Of a stretch of DNA of 64,000 bases, positions 1 through 12,400 are shown piece by piece. A model generated the notes under the pieces. The model did no database searches, was not told where the DNA came from, and saw only the letters and a program-made list of their open reading frames with translations. The DNA comes from Camelus dromedarius (taxonomy: Eukaryota). Location: contig NC_087437.1 of the NCBI RefSeq assembly GCF_036321535.1, positions 56,422,001-56,486,000 of the forward strand, in the 5' to 3' direction. The stretch's first letter is position 1; each line of letters opens with the position of its first letter. Both the position numbers and the translations under genes were made by a program.

Positions 1-779
1 ACTTCTTGCTAGATGATATAGGCATTATACTAGGAAACTGGCATTAAATATGAGAGAAGTACTAATGTCTAAGATGAGAAGTGTGACAATGATCATATAG
101 TAAATAAAATGGAAAATGCAGGTAAGGCTGACTGGAAATTTATTATATGTAGATTCCAGTCATTTGAAGCAAGGGCGGGGCTGTTAAACCCCATCACAAT
201 AATCTAAAGCGAGGTTGTAATTCAGACCATGAGAAACCATGCATTATTAGGCAGATTCTTTTGCTCTTCTGACAGTTTCTCCATCTCTGACAATACCTAG
301 CGCCTCTCCCCTTGCAAGAAATAAGAACCAAAATGTATTACTAGTAATAATAGTAAAATTCTGAGGCTGAATGCAAGGCAATGTTAAATGAACCAGTCTT
401 CTGGGAGAGATTGCAGACCAGCCACTATTATTGGTACCTTCAGTCTGTCAAAACCAGCCTGCACAATCACGTTTTGTTTTCAGTCGGCTTTATTCTAATT
501 CATCACATTGCAAGATTGATCCTAGACTTGTGTTTGTACACAAGTTATCATTAGATTAGCTTTACCTTGGTGACCCGACTCCTTGCTGCCTCCAGCATAA
601 TCCAGTTACTCATGGAATTATCAATTAAGGCTCTCAATCACACTAATTAGAATGTCTTCTAAGTGTTGCCTTAGGAATTCAGCAGCTTATAAACAGGCAA
701 ATTGGGAAAATCTAGAGGTGTGAGGCTTTTTTTTTTTTTTTTTAATAGCCAAAAGCAATTTGGGAGGCTAGAGTGCTTT

Positions 780-1010
780 AGCATAGCTGAGTACTGGGGC
801 TGAAATGTCTGTGCCCTGAATTTGTAATTAAATGTCTAGTCGCTCTCTGTTGACAAGGATTATACGGAATTATTAATTACCTTTATTAATGACTTGGATG
901 CAGACATAGGTGGCATGTTGATCAAATTTAAGATGACACAAAACGGGGAGGATAACAATTATTGTGATGACAGACTCAGGAGCCAAAATGATTTCAAGGC
1001 AGAATATAAT
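780..1010 (+). mobile_element. CR1/L3 reverse-transcriptase relic
   Basis: tttattaatgacttggat..gatcaaatttaagatgacacaaaac.gggagg looks like a decayed FINDLD...KFADDTKLGG motif. Confidence 0.6.
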
Positions 1011-2849
1011 GGTAATCCATCCAATACGTGCCTGGAAGAATGATCTCCATAAGGCACAACTCAGTGATCATATCATTCTTCTAACCAGAAGCTTTCAGCA
1101 ATTCCCTATTTGCTGTTTAAATTAAATCCCAAGTCCTTAGCCTACTGTTCAAGGCCTTGCCATATTCTGATCCTAACACCCCCTGCTTTCCAGCAAAATC
1201 TCCTGTGGTTCTTTTTCTAATGCCCTGTGCTTGAGTCAAACTGAATTATTTATAGGCTATTTCTTATTTATGTTCTATGCTTCCCTACCTTTGAGCATTA
1301 TTTTCCACCTACTTTCTTTTCCCTACGCTTTTCCTTCTGCCTCAATTCTAAATTTCCAAACCAGTTCTTACTCAATTTAAAAGCTACTTTCTTGTGTTCA
1401 GTCCTCTTTGATTGCCTTAGCCGGAGTGATCTCTTTCTTTTGCTAATCTTCAATAACACTTATCAGGTCTTCTTTGACTATTTTCATCACTTCAGGTTGT
1501 ATTGCAGTTATTTCTTGTACACATTTTAAGTCTCTGCTAGATTCTGTTTGGTGCTAGAACTTCTGTCTGATCAATCTCTGTATATCCTATAATGCCTCTG
1601 CATGTGTATTGTTCAAGGCTGATGGTGCTGAAGTGGTTTGCACTTGGTTTATCTCCTCTACTGGGAGAAGTGCCTTTAGAGAGGGCCCTAAATCTTGCTG
1701 CCAGAGGCCCTTGCAATTATTTCATAATGACTTGTTAACAGAAAGCATTGAATGCAAGTTTTATTGAATTAATGAATGAATAGTCAAGAGAACAACTCCC
1801 TAAGGTAATGGTATAAGAATTGGAAGGGAATGGTGGTGTTAAGAAAGAGACATTTCATTTCTGAAATAAAATGATTGTTTAAGAGGTAATAAACTCTCCT
1901 ATGAATTGTGTACAATCATGCTAAAGAAGAAGTGTAGTATGAACAGGAGCTTTTCGGTGACGTGGGGTCAAGAGAGATGACAGGTGTTGGAAACTTGCAT
2001 TGTCCTTTAAAGTGACCACACGCTATGGATTGCTTGGACAGTACCAGTTTATACCTTTTGTTTCAGTTTAGTGCTCTTAAAAACGTCCTATTACAAATGC
2101 TACTAATGGGGCTCCCTATTTATTAAATACTCTTTGAACATTTTAGAATAATGGGTCCTTGTGGTTGTGAAAGTATATGTGTTTGGGATAATAGACTACT
2201 AGTTAGCCAGATGCGGATATAAATCCCATCTCTGTCACTTGTTAGAAATATGGTCTGGACAAGTTACCAGGACCTCTCTAAGCACCCTTGTATGGTGGTT
2301 GTGTTCAAGACAGATTGTGGGGGTGTTGAGTATGAAATTTCTCAGTCATGTCCAGGTTTCAGTATTTATAACCCTACAGAGGTTTTATCAAAGGCCAGAT
2401 ATGTATAGAGTAGTAGGGAAATAAATATTTCACAGAGTTGTTAAATCTCCAGGCCTTCTGCATTAAAGATCACACAGCCAGATATAAGGGTACCACTCTT
2501 GTTAGTTGGCTGTTTCAGCTGGTTATCAACAGCCAGGCTAAAGATCACGGAACTGGACTCATCGTTCATCTCGTCTAGTGAGAAGAGGAGAGTGGGCACA
2601 GCGGGGTGTGACGCTTGTGTATTTCCCCTTGCTGTTAATTCACAGTGTGGTGGACTGCCAACCAAGCCTGCATTCAGGATTCCTGGACTTCCTATTGGTC
2701 ACTAAGAAGGAAGAGTGCCTGGATTATAAAATATTTCCAGTTGAGACTAGACCAAGGGAATGTGATGAAGGGTAAGAAGAACAAACTTATCTTCCAGAAA
2801 TGCGACTTTGATGAACAAAAAATCCAAAGAATAGTTTTTAAGTAGGCAG

Positions 2850-3060
2850 TTGTAGTTGAGTGACTAAGAGGTAGCTCTAGAGCTAGGCTCCTGGAATATG
2901 ATTGTTATTACTGTACCACTTCCAGGCAAAGGATCTTGGGTATATTACTTACCCTTGTCTCAGTTTTCTAATCTGTAATATGGGGAATTTTTTTTAAAGC
3001 CTATCTTACTGCTTGGTTAGGGCAATTAAATTTAATATTGTGAAATTCTTAGAACGGTTC
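2850..3060 (+). repeat. MIR relic just upstream of the first coding exon
   Basis: cttggg..ttacttaccct..tctcagttttctaatctgtaatatgggga MIR core. Confidence 0.65.
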
Positions 3061-3153
3061 CCAGTCAACAGCCAGCATGCATGTGCACTAATATTATTTA
3101 AGCACTTGAGAGTAATCCGTACTCTCTCTTACCTTTGCATTTATCTTGACAGG

Positions 3154-3217
3154 ATGGGACTTCTGTGGTGTGTAATGAGCCTCTGTTTCTATGGGATCCT
3201 GCAAAGCGATGCCTCAG
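3154..3217 (+). CDS. IL1RAP: IL1RAP first coding exon (exon 3 in human numbering): signal peptide MGLLWCVMSLCFYGILQSDAS + phase-1 G
   Basis: Pyrimidine tract with acceptor AG at 3151-3152, then G-ATG. Donor CAG|GTAAGT at 3218. 64 coding nt. The peptide resembles the IL-1RAcP leader (human MTLLWCVVSLYFYGILQSDAS). Confidence 0.97.
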
Positions 3218-4774
3218 GTAAGTGGATGGCTTTTGACAATCTATTAAAATGCAGTTGGCGTCTAGGGTGATGTCTCAACTCTTTCTGAAAAGGAGTTGAG
3301 AGGACATAATGTTGTTTATTTCCACTGTCTTCTGTGGTAGCACAGAATCACAGATTTGACAGAATCGTAGAGTTTTGGTAGTGGGAGGTAGCACTGACAT
3401 CGCTAGTCGTCATGGCACACAGTGCACTGGGCACAGTGGTGGGTGTGTTCAGTTATCGGAATTTTCTCCCACTTGTACATCCAAGCCAACTAGAATCCTG
3501 TTTCTTTCCTTTACTCAGGTTCTGTGGGAAAAGAAATATCCGTGATGGTAGCACAACTCCGTTTTCCAAACTCAAGCCAGTGATAGAGCCAGTGGTACCT
3601 CGGTGGTACCAGTGCTTTGATACCTTCCTCATCAGAACAAATAGATAATGGAGGGTTTTTGTTATACCACTTTTATATGGGAAAGAAAGAACCTGGCATT
3701 AGGCTTGTTTTTATTTTGGATACTGCTTCACTAGCGTAAAAGGAACTAGCCAAACCCTTTATTGAGTTTAAATAACCAACTCAATTATCATGGACCCGGA
3801 TTATATGAAATCAGAGTTACAGGGGACTTGAAAGCCCATCTTTGCAGGTCTTGTCTCGTCTCTAGAAGTGCTGCTCAGGGCCATTCTTCGGTGCCTCTAA
3901 CTAGTGATCATCTAATTGCAGCCCATTATGTCTTTGGACTAATCAAATTCTTAGAAGGTTTTTAGTACATATACCTTAAATTTGTCTCTTTGTCATATCC
4001 ATACATGTCTTTGGTTCAACTGCTTGATTAAATAGAAAATACTGAATCCAATGATTCTCTAATTTTAATGCAGGAAACAGGCATCTTTATTTTAAAAAGG
4101 TTCCCATGGATAATTTTCCTGAAGACTATGGACCATACTTTGATTATCTTTGCTTTAATTCCTCTTCTGTATGAGAGCCCTTCAGAGACATTAGGACAGT
4201 GGTCATAACCATGACCATGTTCTCCAATGTATGCCTTCAACTCTTCTTCACGTGACGTGGATCTGAGCCCTCCCACCATCCTGATTATCTTTGCTGGGTG
4301 TGTTTCAGCTTCACTCTGCCACTTAAGGCATTTTATTGGAAACCAAAAATAGCACTAAAGGAGGTAAAACTGGGTCAGAGTAGCTCAAAGCTGAGGGAAG
4401 GGGAGATAACGTCCCATCTTGGCGGCCCTTGGAGGCTTCACGGAGGAAAGGGTGTATCACAAGCAGGGCTGATACTCAGCTGGGATGCACTGGTGTACGG
4501 CTCTCCTGGCTGTTTGGACCAGCATCTGTCCCGCTTAACTGAGTGTCCCGTTTGATTGGTCAGCGCCCCGATGCCCTGATTTTAAAATATGCTGAATGTA
4601 ACCCCTGATTATAATTTGTTCTTAGTTGACTTAGTTCCATGCTTGAATGTTATCGGCTTACAGAGGCCTTTCTTAACCATCTTAGCTAAAAGAGCCCTGC
4701 CAGTCACCCTCTATTCCTCTATCCTGCTTTAGTTTTCTTCATAACACTCATTTATTTCTTGACCTTATATTAAC

Positions 4775-4905
4775 TCTTTCTTTTCTCTCCTCCTCTCTTT
4801 CTCCTTCTTCCTCTTCTTTATCCTCCCTGACCCCCTGTCCTATCCCTTTTTTCCTTTCTTCTCTTTCCCTCTGTCCCTTCTTTCATCCCTCCCTATTTCT
4901 CTGCT
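4775..4905. repeat. CT-rich polypyrimidine low-complexity tract
   Basis: About 130 bp that is almost entirely C/T. Confidence 0.85.
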
Positions 4906-6924
4906 TTTAAGCTACCTGAGGACAGGGACTTGTCCATTTTTTTTTGTGACCCAAATACTTGGACACTTGGAGTAAAGATTGACAGAGAGAGAGAGAGAGA
5001 ATGAAAAAAATGTCTCTTCATATCCTTTGTTGCTCAGATTGGCCAGTTTTATAATGAAACTCGTTTGGATTTATACCAGTAATTCATCACTGTGGTTTTA
5101 TGTCCTCACCTTGAAGGAAAAGGGAGAAGTGCCCTTGTCACTCTTGTTAGAGCTCAGTGGAGTCTCACAAGTTAGTGGGTGTCGATGCCTCCCCATCTGT
5201 CCTGGTAACATTGCTTTTCTGAATGAACTTTACTGTAATCCAGCCAAGGATTACCCCCCTTCCCCCCACCCCCCTACTCCCCACAAATGCTGCTGGAAAG
5301 TAAGCTTTCTACCCAGGAACTGACTCATAATTCTGATGGGGAAGCTGCCTTCTTGAATAAGATAAGTTCTCATACCAGCCCCATTGAGTCACCATGGGAG
5401 CAGGAAACATGTTGTAATGCCCTCAGCCCATCTGGCCCATATTCATTTGCCTTCCTTATGAAAAGGTATATTGTGTCTATGTCAGTGATACACTTCCTAG
5501 TTGGAGGGAGAGGAACAAAAAGGAAGCGTTGTTGACAAAAATAAAAGGAGCAACTGGCTCTGGGCTACAGGAGGAGAGGAAAAAAGGGATCAACGCACAT
5601 GCTGGGGATCAACCAACCTCTCATGCATCGTGCCTCTTGCAATAGTGTAGACAACAGTGGACTCGTTATTCTTTTGTGGGGCTCTTCCTGTGCTTCAGGT
5701 ACCCATGCTAGTGGAATCGCAAGACTGATGTGAGGAGCAAAGGAGAAATAGCCTGAAAACCCTACAGCTCTGTACATGCCTGTGCTATTAGTAAGAGTCT
5801 TGTCTTGTTGTCTGGGCTCCTCCATGTGGACTTTTCTCTTAAGGAAAGCCCCAGATTTTCAAAAAGGAATTATAAAAACATAAAAGCTTTAGTTCCATGC
5901 AGTGCATCTCAAAGGCAGTGACTGGACTTCAAGTCACACAATTCTGACTTGAGAATATAATCTTTCTGTAGCAGTACCGTGATTTCCTTCTTCACTACAG
6001 AATGTGGGAGCAGCATTCCATCTCTGGTGGTGATACAAGCGAATAATCCAAAGCCAGCATTTGCTTTCTTTTAAGGAATTAAAGCTTAGATAAGTATAAC
6101 ATGATAATATAATCATAATATGGTAGTTATAGTGGTGATAATAAAGTTTCCTTTGCTGAAATAAAGTTCCCTTTGCATTTTACATATTCTATGTCATTAA
6201 ATTCTCACTACCAAACTGTGGAGCAGTCAAGCTGTTATAATTCCTTTTTTTGGATAAGGAAATTAAGATCACAGTGGTTAAGTGAGTTACCCAAAGTCAT
6301 ACAGCTAATATGTAACATAACTGTGACTTCAACCTGGTTCTTAGCTCCCCAGTTCCCAAGATGCGTGTTATTTTTACCAAATACATTCCCCATGGACTCT
6401 ACCAGCATATAATAATTAAGAAAAAAAAAACTGATATCCAAGGAGGCATGGGTTTAGCTAACTGTTAAAGACTCACTCAGTAATAGATTTCTATATTTTC
6501 TAAATAAGAAGTATCTTTATTCTTTTTACCACCACCCCCTCCCTCCCGAAGATTTTTTTTCCAGGAGGAAAATCACTGTAATGTAAGCTCAAAACTCAAT
6601 ATTCCCATTTTTGCTTCTTACGGAAATAAACGTTTCCAGTACTAAACTCAAAACCCTTCTTCTTTGCAAGAATCCCAAAAGCAAACTTCAACTTGTCACA
6701 CATTTCTCTTCCGGTGTGTTTTGTTGGCAGCATGCTAAGAAGCTGAACTGCGAAAGCTGTCTTTAGAGTAGAAATAAATATTTGGAACTTGTGATTCCAA
6801 GTTGGGGAGGCAGTTAGAATGGTGCCACATATAATATGATGAATTTTAAAATACTGCCATATCAAAATTATTTTCTGCACAGGCCACATTGAAAATGATA
6901 GCAATGAACTCTCTTCTCCAAATG

Positions 6925-6980
6925 CACACACACATGCACCCTTTCTCACACACACACACATACACACACACACACACACA
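6925..6980. repeat. Interrupted (CA)n microsatellite
   Basis: Directly visible. Confidence 0.95.
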
Positions 6981-8172
6981 GATCTTTAGAATACAGCTTT
7001 TTTATTTCAAAGTCAACAAACAGTTAACTATGTGCCAGGTGCAAGGCTAGATTTCACACACATTATTATTAACGTCACAGAAAACACTGTGATGGGAGTG
7101 GAGTGTAGAGACTCTTACATCCCTTTTTATAATTTAGGAAGTGAAGAGCCAGGGAGTGGCTTCAGTTACCAGTACTCATGATGGCTTGCCTGATAGAGCT
7201 GAGTTTTGAAGGCTGTCTTTATTCCAAAAGCAGAGCTCTTTCCTTTATACCACATTGCCTGCCTTTGGGGCTTTCTTCTGCAAGGGAGGGAAGCTCTCCT
7301 GATTTCTTTATCATTGCTTTTAGAAAATTTGCAGAGGGTGGAAATAACCTTGTGGCTTATTGAGAGTGAATTACACTATGTAAAATAAATGAGCGAAAAC
7401 ATGTGGCTTACCAGGAATCAAGAGACAGTGGTTCAGGTTATGACCGTTTCACTTTATGAGCTGTTTAATGACATTAAAGTTCTTTAATCACTCTGTGTCA
7501 CTGTGCCCTTACATACAAACCAAAACAACCAACCTATCACCATCAACAAAACAACCATCCAGCCAACTAACCAACAACAGCAAACCTCAACCAATTCTTC
7601 CTTCTTGCTTATTTATTAAAAAGCATTATGGGTCTTATTATCATGGACATGTACAAAGTGCACTCTTCGATTATTTAATTAAATTATTTCCAATGGCAAG
7701 TGTTTATCTTACAATGACTTCACTTCATTCTAGAGATTATGTGTTTGACTATTTTATATTACAGAATCCAGGGTACAGAAGGGAAGGTTTGTTTTGCAAA
7801 CATCTTACAGTAAAGTCTGAGAGAGAGAGAACAGAAAATAAATACCAAACAAAATGCTATGAGATAGCAGAGGAAGTTACTAGTCCTGTAGGGAGGTATT
7901 GAGGAAGACTTCCCAATCAAAAAACAACTGCTCTTTTCTAGGAGAAAATACATTTCTTATTTGGGAACAGAATAGTGCAGTTCAGCTGAAGGGATAGTGT
8001 GAAGGTGTTTAGAAGCCAAACTGGAAAGGGAGATTGGGAAAAGATTGTGGAGGACAGGAATCCCTACAGGGAAAGAGGCTATTTCTCTTTAATGTGTTTT
8101 AGCTATAGATGGCTAATTCTTTTTTCTTTTTTTAAAATTCTGTCTGTCTTCTACAAGGACATATAATATTTT

Positions 8173-9450
8173 GTTTGTTTGTTTGTTTAACATTTTTTAT
8201 TGATTTATAATCATTTTACAAGGTTGTGTCAAATTCCAGTGTTCAGCACAATTTTTCAGTTATTCATGGACATATACACACTCATTGTCACATTTTTTTC
8301 TCTGTGAGTTATCATAACATTTTGTGTATATTTCCCTGTGCTATACAGTGTAGTCTATTCTACAATTTTGAAATCCCAGTCTATCCCTTCCCACCCTCCA
8401 CCCCCCTGGTAACCACAAGTCTGTATTCTCTGTCTGTGAGTCTATTTCTGTCCTTTATTTATGCTTTGTTTTTGTTTGGTTTTTTGTTTTTGTTTTTGTT
8501 TTTTAGATTCCACATATGAGCGATCTCATATGGTATTTTTCTTTCTCTTTCTGGCTTACTTCACTTAGAATGACATTCTCCAGGAGCATCCACGTTGCTG
8601 CAAATGGCATTATGTTGTCAGTTTTTATGGCTGAGTAGTATTCCATTGTATAAATATACCACCTCTTCTTTATCCAGTCACCTGTTGATGGACATTTAGG
8701 CTGTTTCCATGTTTTGGCTATTGTAAATAGTGCTGCTATGAACATTGGGGTGCAGGTGTCATCCTGAAGTAGATTTCCTTCTGGATACAAGCCCAGGAGT
8801 GGGATTCCTGGGTCATATGGTAAGTCTATTCCTAGTCTTTTGAGGAATCTCCACACTGTTTTCCATAGTGGCTGCACCAAACTGCATTCCCACCAGCAGT
8901 GTAGGAGGGTTCCCCTTTCTCCACAGCCTCTCCAGCATTTGTCATTTGTGGATTTTTGAATGACGGCCATTCTGGCTGGTGTGAGGTGATACCTCATTGT
9001 AGTTTTGATTTGCATTTCTCTGATAATTAGTGATATTGAGCATTTTTTCATGTGCTTTTTGATCATTTGTATGTCTTCCTTGGAGAATTGCTTGTTTAGG
9101 TCTTCTGCCCATTTTTGGATTGGGTTGTTTATTTTTTTCTTATTGAGTCGTATGAGCTGCTTATATATTCTGGAGATCAAGCCTTTGTCGGTTTCACTAG
9201 CAAAAATTTTCTCCCATTCCGTAGGTTTTCTTCTTGTTTTATTTCTGGTTTCCTTTGCTGTGCAGAAGCTTGTAAGTTTCATTAGGTCCCATTTGTTTAT
9301 TCTTGCTTTTATTTCTTCTAGGAGAAAATTTTTGAGATGTATGTCAGATAATGTTTTGCCTATGTTTTCCTCTAGGAGGTCTATTGTATATTGTCTTATG
9401 TTTAAGTCTTTAATCCATTTTGAGTTGATTTTTGTATATGGTGTAAGGGA
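8173..9450 (-). mobile_element. Young 5'-truncated LINE-1 (ORF2 C-terminus + 3'UTR + (AAAC)n tail)
   Basis: Perfect 15-bp TSD GACATATAATATTTT at 8158-8172 and 9451-9465, next to a TTTT/AA endonuclease site. The ORF2 frame is open from 9450 to the stop at 8503 and includes the CCHC motif CWRGC..H..C. Confidence 0.97.
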
Positions 9451-12400
9451 GACATATAATATTTTTAATGCTATGCAGTGGTTCTTTCAGCTTCTGGTAA
9501 AGATTCAATTTGTTGCCGGCTCCAGTGGCCTCATATTATTTGAATGTGCTTTTTGAAAAATTCCATACTTGGATGTACTTGTGACATTCAGTCCTTGTGT
9601 CTGTTGCTCATGGCTGGTCATCCTGAACACACTTTGTTTCTATGCAATTTAGTTCAAACATTTGGAGAATGTGTGAAGAATACAGTTCCATTTTATTCTT
9701 AGACCTAAAGGTCATTGGCATTATAACATTCACCCTGTTGTCTTTTAAATGCTTCTTCTTGGGAGCAGATATCTTCACTCTTCTTTTTTTTGAGCTGCAT
9801 TTGTATTTTGAAAGACACTGACGTTTGTTACTTACACTTCCCAGGAGTGGGTATTGAAGAGATTTGAGTACTGCAGTTTATTGGCCTAATTCTGACTCTG
9901 CAGATATAAATTCTCTAGAAAGGCTTCTTGTGTCACAGCGCTAATTCTATGTTTAGAAAAATGACCTGATTCTTCCTTCACAAGTGTTAGTTGAGAGAAG
10001 CCACTATTTTTGCAGGGGACATGTACATGGTTATAAGTGACAATGTCTGGCTTATAAGACTTTCTTCTGCCTTTGAATCACCTCTGTTTCTGCAATTTTT
10101 CCCCCCAGAACGTTTGTTTCTGCCCTCTTGAGTTGAGCTTCATAGAGCCACATCACCATCTGATTATTAGCGACTCACTCCTGGAACAGTTCTCCCCCAT
10201 TTTATTTCACTATTTAAAAAATTTCATTTCTATTTAGTTGATTAAGTTCTTTAGAAAATAAAATACACATCCACCCTCAAGATGACAATACAGTGGTTGC
10301 TTTATTCTAAAATCCACTGGGTGCTGCTATCGCTCATTAATTTTTGAGGAACAGAGAGGAAAGGGACACATTTTACAAATAATATGAGATCCTCAGTCAA
10401 TACCTTCAAGTACCTGCCATCTAAACCTACAAAAAAAGTTGTACAGAATTGCCTTCTTTTGTCTTTCTCTGTTTTAGAGGCAGAAGGAATGATGAAAATT
10501 CCAGATGGCTGAGAAAATGAGAGGATAGAGACCAAATAACCATACCTTCAATAATCTAGACTTGGCTGAGTTTTGTTAGTTTTATGAATTTTATTTCTCC
10601 TTCTGCCATCGGCATGAAAATTTCTGGTATAGCTGTACATGATTGGGAAATAAATTCTACTGCCCTACAGTGTTCGTAGGGCCTGGAGTAATTGCTTAAG
10701 GCTCTTTGCCCATCATCCCCATTGTTCTCTTGCTTCAGAGATACTTTCATATTTTTTTGAAGCACTCCATGAGGGAGGCAGGAGCGTGCATTTTGATACG
10801 TACACCAAGGTACAGATGTTTGCATTTTCCCCTTAACTTATGTAACAGAATATCACATCCCCTTTAAAGTTTGAGCTTTCCATGCCTGCGAGAGGGACCA
10901 ACTGAAGAGTATTTGCCAACTCTGCTTCCGCAGTGGAACCTGTGTGATACTCAAGAAGAAAGACACAGAAAGAGAGGGCATCCATCAGTCACTGGTAGCT
11001 TTTCTACATAAATATATTTCTTTGTTAATACAATATCATGGGTTTTTATCTAATTCTTAATTACTTGCGTACAAGTACAACTATAGTTCAAATATAAGAC
11101 TCCATTATTGTTAAAGCAAACACAGAGCTACAAATTGTTCTCTCAAAGTAGATCTCAACCATTATTAACCATTATCTCCTATAGCTTTGTTTGCCCTTTT
11201 TTTTTTCTTTAGGGAGAAACCTTTAATAGTTCACCATGGACTTGTTTGCTGTTTAAACACATTACATCTAACAGCTTAAATCGTTGCACCCAAGTTTCTT
11301 TTGTCCTTCCCTAGGTCCTTTGAAACTTCAGACTGCCCCAAAAGTCTCTTAATGAACTAATTTTTGCTTTTCAGACAGAGCATGAATTTTATCCTCCTAT
11401 TTTCTAATTTGCTTTGGACCTTTTGATCTACTTGGTTCCCTGGGGAAAATTAAACTTGTCTTATGCAAGACTTTTTGACATCCATGAATTGATTCTAAAT
11501 GTCTCTTCAGCATTTTATCATTGTCCACTCAAGGTAAAGGAAAATAAAGAGGAGGAATGGGATGAGGAGAGAAGAGGAATGAAAATAGAGAGGCGAAGAG
11601 AGAAAAGAGATAGTGATAGAGAGAGAGATACAAAGAGAAAGACAGAGATACAGAGAGTCTTTCCACAGAGGGACTTGCCTGATGCAAACCCAGGTATATA
11701 CTTTTTGAGATCATTAAAAAAAAATTTTTTTTTAAGTACAACACTTAAATACTCCCCCTTTTTTCCCTCTTAACTTTGGATTGGATGGTATCTTTTTAAG
11801 ACAGTTCAGTAGTTTTTGTTTGTGTGTGTGTGTATGTGTGTGTGTTTTAACATTCTAACCCTTTTCCTCCTCCCTAGCATATTAAAATGCTGAGATGAAA
11901 TGAAGACTTAAATGTTATAGAAGTTTTCTTACATCTCGTGTACCTCCCACCGTGAGATCCATCAGCATCTTCAGGATGCGTGCATTCTGAAGGAAGCGCA
12001 GGGCAGAGACGGAGGCACAGAGCTGTGTGTGTCCTTCACCATAATGAAGGAAGAGGGAATGGCAGGCAAGAGTGTAGCACTCTGGATCCCTTACGCACTC
12101 TGCATACATAAGGTCTGGGCAGAAACAATCTGCTGCTTGCAGTCAACACCGAGCTGTAAAATGTCTTTCCTAGTAGCAGTGTGTTGCTTGAGGCTCAGTA
12201 GAAACCCAGCTCGTATTTAGGTCTAGGAGGAGTGTGTAGCTTTGTCTGAAGGATAATCAAAATAATGGAAATTGTGAATAGGGCAATTAGTAAATGGAAG
12301 TGTTGGAGGAGTCCCTCCCTCCCCCTGCATGCAGTGTCCTTAGTGAGATGCTGAGGAAGATTTCAGAAAGAAAGTGAGGGCAGGGTCTTTGTTCCCAGTT

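Noticed and set aside
3013..3270. 85-aa ORF spanning the first coding exon as an N-terminal extension
   Set aside because: The portion before 3153 is intron (MIR plus pyrimidine tract), and the portion after 3217 lies beyond a consensus donor.
9005..9556. 183-aa hydrophobic + strand ORF
   Set aside because: It is the antisense shadow of L1 ORF2, and its T-rich codons explain the hydrophobicity.
11414..11773. 119-aa ORF with an E/R/K-rich stretch
   Set aside because: It is the translation of a GA-rich low-complexity tract.
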